DNA from: Betaproteobacteria bacterium
Lineage (GTDB): Bacteria > Pseudomonadota > Gammaproteobacteria > Burkholderiales > SHXO01
Length of the DNA: 52,454 nucleotides
NCBI GenBank assembly: GCA_031379405.1
Contig: JANNFC010000121.1
Span: 1-52,454 of the forward strand
Reading direction: 5' to 3'
Every line of letters begins with the position of its first letter. Positions within the stretch are counted from its first letter, which is position 1. A program made the position numbers and the translations under genes. The notes under the pieces were generated by a model. The model worked only from the letters and a program-made list of their open reading frames with translations, was not told the DNA's origin and did no database searches. Of this stretch, positions 45,092 through 52,454 are shown one piece after another.

Positions 45092-47197
45092 GTGGCTACG
45101 GGCCTTGAGGCACAATTAACCCCTTTCCTTCAGCGCCCGAATCCCTTCGTGAGCTTCTTCAATCTATACAACCACAATTTCATCCGCGCTGCGGTGGCCA
45201 TCCCCGAGGTACGCGTCGCCGATCCGCAGTTCAATCTCGCGCAGACCTTGGCGTTGATGGAGCAGGCCGCGCAGGAAGGCGCGCTGCTGTGTGTGTTTCC
45301 CGAACTGGGACTCTCCGCCTATTCGTGCGAGGATCTGTTTCACCAGCAGGCGTTGCTGGATGCGTCGAGGGACGCTCTGGCGGAACTCATGCGCAAGACC
45401 GAGAGCTTGTCGTTGATCGGCGTGGTTGGGTTACCACTGCAAGTGGATGGATCGTTGTACAACTGCGCGGCGGTGTTTTTTCAGGGCAAGCTCTACGGCG
45501 TTGCGCCTAAGACTTACTTGCCGAACTATCGCGAGTTCTACGAAATGCGGCAATTCACGCCAGGCGATTTCAGCGCACGCGCGACGATCGATGTGTGTGG
45601 ACAACGCGATGTTCCCTTCGGTACGCGTCTGTTGTTTCACGCACCACAGCAGCCCCTACTCAAGTTCTTCGTGGAGATATGCGAGGATCTATGGACGCCC
45701 GTGCCACCGTCGTCGCTGGCGGCCGTCGCCGGGGCCACGGTGCTGATCAATCTGTCCGCCTCCAACATCACCGTGGGCAAGGACGAATATCGCCGGCAGT
45801 TGGTGGCTAATCAGTCGGGGCGCTGCATCAGCGCGTATTTGTACTGCGCAGCGGGCTACGGCGAATCCACTACGGATCTGGCTTGGGATGGCCATGGCAT
45901 GATCTACGAAAACGGATCGCGCGTAGCGGAAACCGAGCGCTTCGCCTATGTCTCGCATTTGGTAACCGGCGATATCGATCTGGATCGCATCGCGCAGGAC
46001 CGCATGCGCGCCACCAGCTTCGGGCAATCCCTGGCGCGCTACCAGGAGACCGCGAAGAGTTTCCGCATCATCGCGATCCCTATCGGTTTGCCGACGGACG
46101 CCACCCTGGCGCTGAATCGGCGCTACGAGCGCTTTCCCTATGTACCGTCCGATCCGGCGACCCGTGACGGGCGCTGCAAGGAGGTGTACGAAATTCAGGT
46201 GCAAGGGATGGTTAAACGCTTGCGCGCCATGAATTCGCAGAAGGTGGTGATTGGCATTTCGGGTGGTTTGGATTCCACCCAAGCCCTTATCGTGTGTGCG
46301 CGCGCCATGGACGTGATGGGGCTTCCGAGAAGAAATATCCTGGCGTACACCATGCCGGGTTTCGCCACCAGCGAACGCACCTTGGACCAATCCCGGCGCC
46401 TAATGAGCAGCGTCGGCAGCACGGCGCACGAAATCGATATCCGGCCCAGTTGCATGCAGATGTTCAAGGACATCGGCCACGCCTTTTCGGAAGGCAAGCC
46501 GGTCTACGACATCACGTTCGAGAACGTCCAGGCCGGGGAGCGCACCAGTCATCTGTTTCGTTTGGCCAACGTCAACAACGCGCCGGTGGTCGGTACCAGC
46601 GATCTATCGGAACTTGCACTGGGATGGTGTACCTACGGCGTCGGCGATCATATGGCGCACTATCACGTGAATGCCAGCGTGCCGAAGACGCTCATTCAGT
46701 ATCTGATTCGCTATGTGGCACGCACGAACCAGTTGGGCGCACAGGTCAGTATGGTGTTGACCGACGTGCTCGATACGCCCATCAGCCCAGAGCTGGTGCC
46801 GGGCAAAAGCGAGGTCGAACCCGGCCAAAGCACGGAAGCCGCCGTGGGGCCATACGAACTGCAGGATTTTCATCTATATTACCTGTTGCGGTTCGGCTTC
46901 TTGCCAAGCAAGGTGGGATTCATGGCGTGGAGCACATGGAAAGATCGCTCTGCGCAAGGATGGCCCGATCTTGCGCCCGAGCAGCGGCACGAATACACCA
47001 TTGGCGAGGTGAAGAAGTGGCTGAAGGTGTTCCTGCGGCGCTTTTTCCAGTATTCACAGTACAAACGCAGCGCCATGCCGAATGGGCCGAAGGTGGGTTC
47101 CGGCGGCTCCCTTTCACCGCGTAGCGACTATCGCGCCCCCAGTGACAGCGAATCCGCGGTGTGGCTCGCTAACGTAGAAACCATTCCCGACCGATAA
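45092..47197 (+). CDS. nadE: glutamine-dependent NAD(+) synthetase (long form, CN-hydrolase plus NAD synthetase domains)
   Basis: N-terminal nitrilase-like domain (FPELGLS.Y...DLF, ..EICEDLW). C-terminal SGGLDS ATP-pyrophosphatase motif. GTG 45149 (MSFFNLYNHNFIR) is an alternative start. Confidence 0.9.
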   Translation: MATGLEAQLTPFLQRPNPFVSFFNLYNHNFIRAAVAIPEVRVADPQFNLAQTLALMEQAAQEGALLCVFPELGLSAYSCEDLFHQQALLDASRDALAELMRKTESLSLIGVVGLPLQVDGSLYNCAAVFFQGKLYGVAPKTYLPNYREFYEMRQFTPGDFSARATIDVCGQRDVPFGTRLLFHAPQQPLLKFFVEICEDLWTPVPPSSLAAVAGATVLINLSASNITVGKDEYRRQLVANQSGRCISAYLYCAAGYGESTTDLAWDGHGMIYENGSRVAETERFAYVSHLVTGDIDLDRIAQDRMRATSFGQSLARYQETAKSFRIIAIPIGLPTDATLALNRRYERFPYVPSDPATRDGRCKEVYEIQVQGMVKRLRAMNSQKVVIGISGGLDSTQALIVCARAMDVMGLPRRNILAYTMPGFATSERTLDQSRRLMSSVGSTAHEIDIRPSCMQMFKDIGHAFSEGKPVYDITFENVQAGERTSHLFRLANVNNAPVVGTSDLSELALGWCTYGVGDHMAHYHVNASVPKTLIQYLIRYVARTNQLGAQVSMVLTDVLDTPISPELVPGKSEVEPGQSTEAAVGPYELQDFHLYYLLRFGFLPSKVGFMAWSTWKDRSAQGWPDLAPEQRHEYTIGEVKKWLKVFLRRFFQYSQYKRSAMPNGPKVGSGGSLSPRSDYRAPSDSESAVWLANVETIPDR

Positions 47198-47264
47198 GTC
47201 TGAGATCGTGCTTCTGAAAGCCTATTAACTCGTATTCCTCGCGCGCTTGATTGGAGGTAACTTG

Positions 47265-47834
47265 ATGAAACTCACGCATTGGATTCCGGCGTTGGCAATT
47301 CTGACTCTAGGTGCCTGCTCAACCGATGAGGCACCCTCGGAGGCCGCCATCAAGGCCGGCCAAGCCGCTATCGAGGCGGCGCGCGAAGAAGCGGTGAAGT
47401 ACGCCCCCGATGAGCTCACGAAACTCGAAACCGTCCTGAAGAACGCGCAGGACAAATTTCAAAAGAAGGAGTTCACCGCAGCACTAACCGACGCCAGGGA
47501 GCTGGCAGCAAAAGCCCAAGAGATGGCGAAGGCTGCCAGCGCTCGCAAGGACGAGCTAACGCGTACTTGGGAGGACATAAATCTGGGTCTGCCGGGCGAG
47601 TTGGAGCGTATCGGCGCCCATTTCGAGAATCTAGGTCCCTCCCTTCCAAACGGGCTCGATCAGGCCAAATTGGCCGAGATCAAAGCCACATTCGCGGGTC
47701 TTGGACAACAATTGCAGGAGGCGCGTCAGGCAGCGCAATCGGGAGAGATTCCAAAGGCAGTGGACATGGGCAGTGCCGCCAGGGCTAAGGCCGTCGAAAT
47801 AGCTCAGGCCATCGGCGTTACTGAGGCGCAATGA
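47265..47834 (+). CDS. alpha-helical lipoprotein (possibly DUF4398-like)
   Basis: GGAGG Shine-Dalgarno sequence. MKLTHWIPALAILTLGAC lipobox. Ala/Glu/Lys-rich helical repeats. ATGA-coupled to the TlpA-like gene. Confidence 0.6.
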   Translation: MKLTHWIPALAILTLGACSTDEAPSEAAIKAGQAAIEAAREEAVKYAPDELTKLETVLKNAQDKFQKKEFTAALTDARELAAKAQEMAKAASARKDELTRTWEDINLGLPGELERIGAHFENLGPSLPNGLDQAKLAEIKATFAGLGQQLQEARQAAQSGEIPKAVDMGSAARAKAVEIAQAIGVTEAQ

Positions 47835-48370
47835 CCCGTCCCATCCGAATACTTCTCATCGTATTGGTTGCCGCCGCGGCGCTGAGCGCGGGTTACTTCG
47901 TCCAGCGCGGCGGCAGCGGTAGTGCACGCGACGTACCCCTCGATAAGGCTTCCTCGAGTACGCTCCTGAGCGCCGAACTGCCAAACCTCGAAGGTAAGAC
48001 GAGCCGGCTGTCTGACTGGCAGGGCAAGGTGATGGTAGTGAACTTCTGGGCGACTTGGTGCGCCCCCTGCCGGGAAGAAATGCCCGCACTGGTTCGAACG
48101 CAGACCAAGCTGGGCGCGCGTGGGCTTCAGATCATCGGCATCGCACTCGACGGAATCGAGCGAGTGAAGCCCTTCAGCGCGGAAATGGGTGTCAACTACC
48201 CCATCTTGCTCTCTGGTGTGGAGGGCTTGGAGTTGGCTAAGGCGGCCGGAAACGATATCGGCGCCCTTCCATTCACCGTCTTCATCGACCGGTCAGGCAA
48301 GGTCATCAAGGCGGAACTCGGCGGCGTAACGGAGAAGAGCCTCGAGAACATCCTTCTGCCTCTTCTCTAG
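47831..48370 (+). CDS. TlpA family thiol:disulfide oxidoreductase
   Basis: N-terminal membrane anchor and the thioredoxin motif NFWATWCAPC; 179 aa. Confidence 0.85.
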   Translation: MTRPIRILLIVLVAAAALSAGYFVQRGGSGSARDVPLDKASSSTLLSAELPNLEGKTSRLSDWQGKVMVVNFWATWCAPCREEMPALVRTQTKLGARGLQIIGIALDGIERVKPFSAEMGVNYPILLSGVEGLELAKAAGNDIGALPFTVFIDRSGKVIKAELGGVTEKSLENILLPLL

Positions 48371-48457
48371 CCAAACCCGCGGAGCGGGATTGGCTTCCAG
48401 CGTGAAAATCTCCGAAACTCTGGACAATTTCGCCGATTTTGCGGCAAACTTGCTGTC

Positions 48458-48946
48458 ATGACGCCTCCCGATTCGACCGGTGGGGGTGCGGGAAAGGGGA
48501 TTAGCAGGGTACTCGTCCTCAATGGCCCGAACCTCAACCTCCTCGGCACACGAGAGCCCGGAGTCTACGGGCGAGTGACCCTTGAATCGATACACGAGCG
48601 CCTGTTACAGCGTGCTCAACAGGCAGGTATCGCATTGGAATTTCTGCAAAGTAACGCCGAAGTGGTGCTTATCGAGCGTATTCATCTGGCACGCACCGAT
48701 ACGACCGATTTCATCATCATCAATCCGGCAGCCTTCACCCACACCAGTGTCGCGCTGCGAGATGCGCTTTCCGCGGTGAAAATTCCCTTCGTGGAGGTGC
48801 ACTTGTCGAATGTTTTTGCGCGCGAACCTTTCCGCCATCATTCCTACTTTACGGACCTGGCGGTGGGGATCGTCTGCGGATTGGGCCCTAAAGGCTACGA
48901 ATTAGCCTTGGAATATGCGCTGTCACATCATGAGAGAGACGCCTGA
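48458..48946 (+). CDS. aroQ: type II 3-dehydroquinate dehydratase
   Basis: [45 protein letters not shown]...RE.FRH.S. Confidence 0.93.
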   Translation: MTPPDSTGGGAGKGISRVLVLNGPNLNLLGTREPGVYGRVTLESIHERLLQRAQQAGIALEFLQSNAEVVLIERIHLARTDTTDFIIINPAAFTHTSVALRDALSAVKIPFVEVHLSNVFAREPFRHHSYFTDLAVGIVCGLGPKGYELALEYALSHHERDA

Positions 48947-49428
48947 TGGACCTTAGGAAGCTGAAGAAGCTCATCGATCTGGTGCAGGAATCCGGCATCG
49001 CTGAGTTGGAAGTCAGTGAGGGCGAGGAAAAAGTCCGCATCACCAGCATTCGAAACTCGACCCCGTACTATCCGCCCGCACCGGCTCCGACCTATGTCTC
49101 GACGTCGGTGCCTGCAGTGGTCGCCGCATCGGCGGCATCGGCCGCTACGCCAGGCAGCGCGGAAGCGACGCCGCCTGCCGCTCCCGCCGTTGAAGGCCAC
49201 ATCGTGAAGTCGCCCATGGTCGGTACCTTTTATCGGTCGTCGGCGCCGGGATCCAAGTCCTTCGTGGATATCGGATCCAAAGTCAGTCCCGGCGATACCT
49301 TGTGCATCATCGAGGCGATGAAACTGCTCAACGAGATCGAGGCCGATCAAGGCGGTGTAGTCAAGGAGGTCTACGTGGAGAACGGCCAGCCGGTGGAATA
49401 CGGCGAGCCACTTTTCCTGCTAGGTTGA
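48946..49428 (+). CDS. accB: acetyl-CoA carboxylase biotin carboxyl carrier protein
   Basis: Pro/Ala-rich linker and the biotinylation motif [11 protein letters not shown]; 160 aa. Confidence 0.93.
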   Translation: MDLRKLKKLIDLVQESGIAELEVSEGEEKVRITSIRNSTPYYPPAPAPTYVSTSVPAVVAASAASAATPGSAEATPPAAPAVEGHIVKSPMVGTFYRSSAPGSKSFVDIGSKVSPGDTLCIIEAMKLLNEIEADQGGVVKEVYVENGQPVEYGEPLFLLG

Positions 49429-49463
49429 TGTGGCCCGCTACCGCGACGCTTTGTAACCCTGTC

Positions 49464-49485
49464 ATTTAGATACTATTTAGATACT
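49464..49485. repeat. 11-bp tandem duplication (ATTTAGATACT x2)
   Basis: Read directly in the accB-accC spacer. Confidence 0.9.
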
Positions 49486-49544
49486 AACTGGATATGGCCG
49501 CCTTGCGTGCCCAGCGAACTCCACCTTCGACTCGAAAATCCTCA

Positions 49545-50900
49545 GTGTTCGAAAAAATCCTAATCGCCAATCGCGGAGAGATTGCCCTGCGTGTGCAACG
49601 CGCTTGCCGCGAACTCGGCATCAAAACCGTTGCCGTGCATTCAGAGGCCGATGCCGAAGCCAAGTACGTCAAGCTGGCCGACGAATCGGTGTGTATTGGC
49701 CCACCAGCGCCGGGCCAGAGCTATCTTAACGTGCCGGCCATCATCAGCGCGGCCGAAGTCACCGACGCCGAAGCCATTCATCCGGGCTATGGCTTCTTGT
49801 CCGAGAACGCCGATTTCGCCGAACGCGTGGAGAAGAGCGGATTCGTCTTTATCGGTCCGCGTGCGGACACCATTCGACTGATGGGCGACAAAGTCAGCGC
49901 CAAACAAGCCATGATCAAGGCCGGCGTGCCGGTGGTTCCGGGCTCGGAAGGGGCGTTGCCCGAAAAGCCCGAAGAGATTATCAAGATCGCCCGTTCGATC
50001 GGCTATCCCATCATCATCAAGGCCTCAGGCGGCGGTGGCGGACGCGGCATGCGAGTTGTGCATACCGAAGCAGCCCTGCTGAATGCGGTCAACATGACAC
50101 GCGCGGAAGCCAAGGCTGCTTTCGGCAACCCCATGGTCTACATGGAGAAGTTCCTGGAAAAGCCGCGTCATGTGGAAATTCAGGTGCTGGCCGATGAGCA
50201 CAAGAATGCGGTCTATCTGGGCGATCGCGATTGCTCCATGCAACGGCGTCATCAGAAGATCATCGAAGAAGCCCCCGCGCCTCTGATCAATCCTCGACTC
50301 AAAGCCCGCATCGGCGAACGTTGTGCGGATGCTTGCCGCAAGATCGGCTACCGTGGGGCCGGAACCTTCGAATTTCTATACGAGAACGGCCAGTTTTTTT
50401 TCATTGAGATGAACACCCGCGTGCAGGTGGAACACCCGGTTACCGAAATGATTACCGGAGTGGATATCGTGCAGATGCAGATTCGCATCGCCGCCGGAGA
50501 GAAGATGACGTTGCGCCAGAAGGACATCGTGCCTAAAGGCCACGCCCTGGAGTGCCGCATCAATGCGGAGCACCCTTACAAATTCACGCCATCGCCTGGG
50601 CGCATTACCTCGTTCCATGTCCCGGGCGGACCAGGCGTTCGGGTGGATTCGCACGCGTACGCCAATTATGTGGTGCCGCCCCACTACGATTCCCTGATCG
50701 GCAAAGTGATCACTTGGGGTGACTCGCGCGAGCAGGCCGTCGCCAAGATGCGTATCGCTCTCTCGGAAATGATTGTCGAAGGCATCGATACCAACCTCGC
50801 CTTGCATCAGGAACTGATGCTCGATTCCGCCTTTTTGCGCGGCGGGACCAGCATTCACTACCTCGAAGAGAAACTGGCCAAACAGTTAAGAGGCGACTGA
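49545..50900 (+). CDS. accC: acetyl-CoA carboxylase biotin carboxylase subunit
   Basis: [17 protein letters not shown]-terminus (E. coli [16 protein letters not shown]), [10 protein letters not shown] and [17 protein letters not shown] 49545 fits the family N-terminus; the ORF track opens at 49494. Confidence 0.95.
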   Translation: MFEKILIANRGEIALRVQRACRELGIKTVAVHSEADAEAKYVKLADESVCIGPPAPGQSYLNVPAIISAAEVTDAEAIHPGYGFLSENADFAERVEKSGFVFIGPRADTIRLMGDKVSAKQAMIKAGVPVVPGSEGALPEKPEEIIKIARSIGYPIIIKASGGGGGRGMRVVHTEAALLNAVNMTRAEAKAAFGNPMVYMEKFLEKPRHVEIQVLADEHKNAVYLGDRDCSMQRRHQKIIEEAPAPLINPRLKARIGERCADACRKIGYRGAGTFEFLYENGQFFFIEMNTRVQVEHPVTEMITGVDIVQMQIRIAAGEKMTLRQKDIVPKGHALECRINAEHPYKFTPSPGRITSFHVPGGPGVRVDSHAYANYVVPPHYDSLIGKVITWGDSREQAVAKMRIALSEMIVEGIDTNLALHQELMLDSAFLRGGTSIHYLEEKLAKQLRGD

Positions 50901-50954
50901 AATGCAGGCTAGGAAGTGAGCGCCGGATCAGGTTTTCGCCCCTCGGACAGCCAG

Positions 50955-51860
50955 GTGTGGTTAGCGCTTACTTTTCAACTGTCCTCCGAATTCGTTGAGC
51001 AGATTTCCGACGCTCTGCTCGAACTGGGAGCGTTGTCGGTAGAGCTCACCGATGCGCATGCCGGCTGTGCGCTGGAAGTCCCGTTGTTCGCCGAACCGCC
51101 TTGGAATTCCGATGCGCATTGGTCGCTGGCTCAGGTTCGTGTGCTGCTTGAGCACGATTCGAATGGCGCACAGGTGTTGCGGTCCGCTTGCCAAGCCGTG
51201 GGGCTCGACCCGATCCCAGAGCACGCTTCGGAGAAAATTCCGGATCGGGATTGGGTTCGGGCAACGCAGGCGCAGTTCGCTCCCGTACGTGTATCCGAGC
51301 GCTTATGGATCGTGCCGTCGTGGCATGAACCGCCTTGCGCGCAGGCCATCAATCTTCGGCTGGATCCCGGCCTGGCCTTCGGCACCGGATCGCATCCCAC
51401 TACGTGGCAGTGTCTGCGCTGGCTCGACGCCAATATGCGAGGTGGCGAAAGCGTGCTGGACTATGGCTGTGGCTCAGGCATTCTCGCCATTGCCGCCGCC
51501 AAACTCGGCGCTACGCAAACCCTGGGAACCGATATCGATCCTCAAGCATTGGTGACGGCACACGATAACGCGGTTAGCAACGGAGTCGAGATTGCGTGGG
51601 TCCCGCCGGAGGACTTGCCAGCGCACGCTACCTATGACATCGTGTTGGCGAACATTTTGGCGAATCCCTTACGAGCACTCGCCCCCTTGTTGAGTTCGAG
51701 GGTGCGGTCCGGAGGGTACTTGGTTCTGGCTGGAATTCTCGACCGACAAGCCGTTGAAGTCGTCGATTCGTATGCGCCCTGGGTGGAGTTGGCAGCCTTC
51801 GAGCCGCATGCTGGCTGGACGTCTTTGGTTGGGCAGCGAACAAGAGTCGACGAACATTAG
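50955..51860 (+). CDS. prmA: ribosomal protein L11 methyltransferase
   Basis: W..L.....SE..E..SDAL.E.GA.SV, PGLAFGTG.HPTT, LDYGCGSGILAIAA and NILA. Conserved position after accC. The start could be GTG 50955 or an upstream alternative at 50916. Confidence 0.9.
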   Translation: MWLALTFQLSSEFVEQISDALLELGALSVELTDAHAGCALEVPLFAEPPWNSDAHWSLAQVRVLLEHDSNGAQVLRSACQAVGLDPIPEHASEKIPDRDWVRATQAQFAPVRVSERLWIVPSWHEPPCAQAINLRLDPGLAFGTGSHPTTWQCLRWLDANMRGGESVLDYGCGSGILAIAAAKLGATQTLGTDIDPQALVTAHDNAVSNGVEIAWVPPEDLPAHATYDIVLANILANPLRALAPLLSSRVRSGGYLVLAGILDRQAVEVVDSYAPWVELAAFEPHAGWTSLVGQRTRVDEH

Positions 51861-51881
51861 AACATCAGGAGCCTTTGCCCC

Positions 51882-52454
51882 ATGAGCATGTACACGCGTT
51901 GCGCATCTTGCCACACGCATTTTCGCGTTACCGTGCAGCAACTCCAGGCTTGTAGCGGACAGGTGCGCTGTGGCCGTTGCGCCACCGTGTTCGATGCGTT
52001 CGCCACCTTGACCGCACGCCTGCCGGGGAACAGTGATGACCCGCCACCGTTGGAGAGTTCGGAGCGCGGAGGACCGCAGGCGACGGAACCTTCGTCCCTG
52101 GCGGGTGCCATGCAGGCGGCATCCGATCGGGCATCCCCACTCCCACCCCCCCTCCCTTCCACGGTTCCGCCCATTTCCACACAACGCCAAGGCGTGTTTT
52201 CCGCGGCCAGCGTACGGGAGTCCTTGTCGCTTCCTGCCGGCATGGCGGGCGCGTCGCGAGCGGAAGGGAAAATCGAAACGCTGACGCTTCCCGAAAACCT
52301 TTTTGGTGCGCACGCCAGTCAGGCGCTTCCCGGACCGGCCTGGGTATGGTCCACCGGTATCGGCGTGCTGGCGGTGTTGGCATTGCTGCAGGTACTTTAT
52401 TTTTTTCGGGCGGAACTGGCGGAGGGCATGCCGAGTTTCAGACCGGTACTCCTG
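51882..52454 (+). CDS. zinc-ribbon (MJ0042-type) and DUF3426-like protein, 3'-truncated by the window end
   Basis: My own translation from ATG 51882 is open to the window end. MSMYTRCASCHTHFRVTVQQLQACSGQVRCGRCATVFDA zinc ribbon, a Pro-rich linker, then a TM segment (VWSTGIGVLAVLALLQVLYFF). Typical gene following prmA. Confidence 0.75.
   Translation, partial: MSMYTRCASCHTHFRVTVQQLQACSGQVRCGRCATVFDAFATLTARLPGNSDDPPPLESSERGGPQATEPSSLAGAMQAASDRASPLPPPLPSTVPPISTQRQGVFSAASVRESLSLPAGMAGASRAEGKIETLTLPENLFGAHASQALPGPAWVWSTGIGVLAVLALLQVLYFFRAELAEGMPSFRPVLL

Overview
GC-rich (about 60% by eye), densely coding proteobacterial chromosomal segment with about 58 protein genes. I found no rRNA, tRNA, CRISPR array or intact transposase. 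Most of it is housekeeping, in synteny blocks typical of Beta-/Gammaproteobacteria: purC; slmA-nucleotidase-argB; dacC-dat-ybeD-lipB-lipA; pilU-pilT divergent from yggS-proC-yggT-yggU; ubiD-ubiA; nadE; aroQ-accB-accC-prmA-DUF3426. Accessory content includes a RES/Xre toxin-antitoxin pair, an orphan Phd/YefM antitoxin, a zinc-ribbon/class III cyclase/STAND-ATPase/TPR giant, a solitary dynamin-like GTPase and a DUF4143 AAA ATPase next to an AT-rich spacer. The outstanding region is about 21.2-26.6 kb. It holds two tandem RiPP-type cassettes, each made of a secreted Cys-rich precursor, a DUF692 (MNIO) enzyme and a DUF2063 partner. Cassette 1 encodes a precursor with six 10-aa KEGACGGDKK repeats (EGxCG, HvfA-like). 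Cassette 2 encodes a 6-Cys bufferin-like precursor with a probable lipobox. Both precursor genes are preceded by the same ATCCAGC-N13-CGTAT motif, which has ECF-promoter geometry. A frameshifted, truncated ECF sigma gene lies just upstream and a PCu(A)C copper chaperone gene converges downstream. I infer a metal (probably copper) stress peptide-metallophore locus with a dual-cassette architecture. All functional calls come from reading motifs in the translations; no database search was possible.
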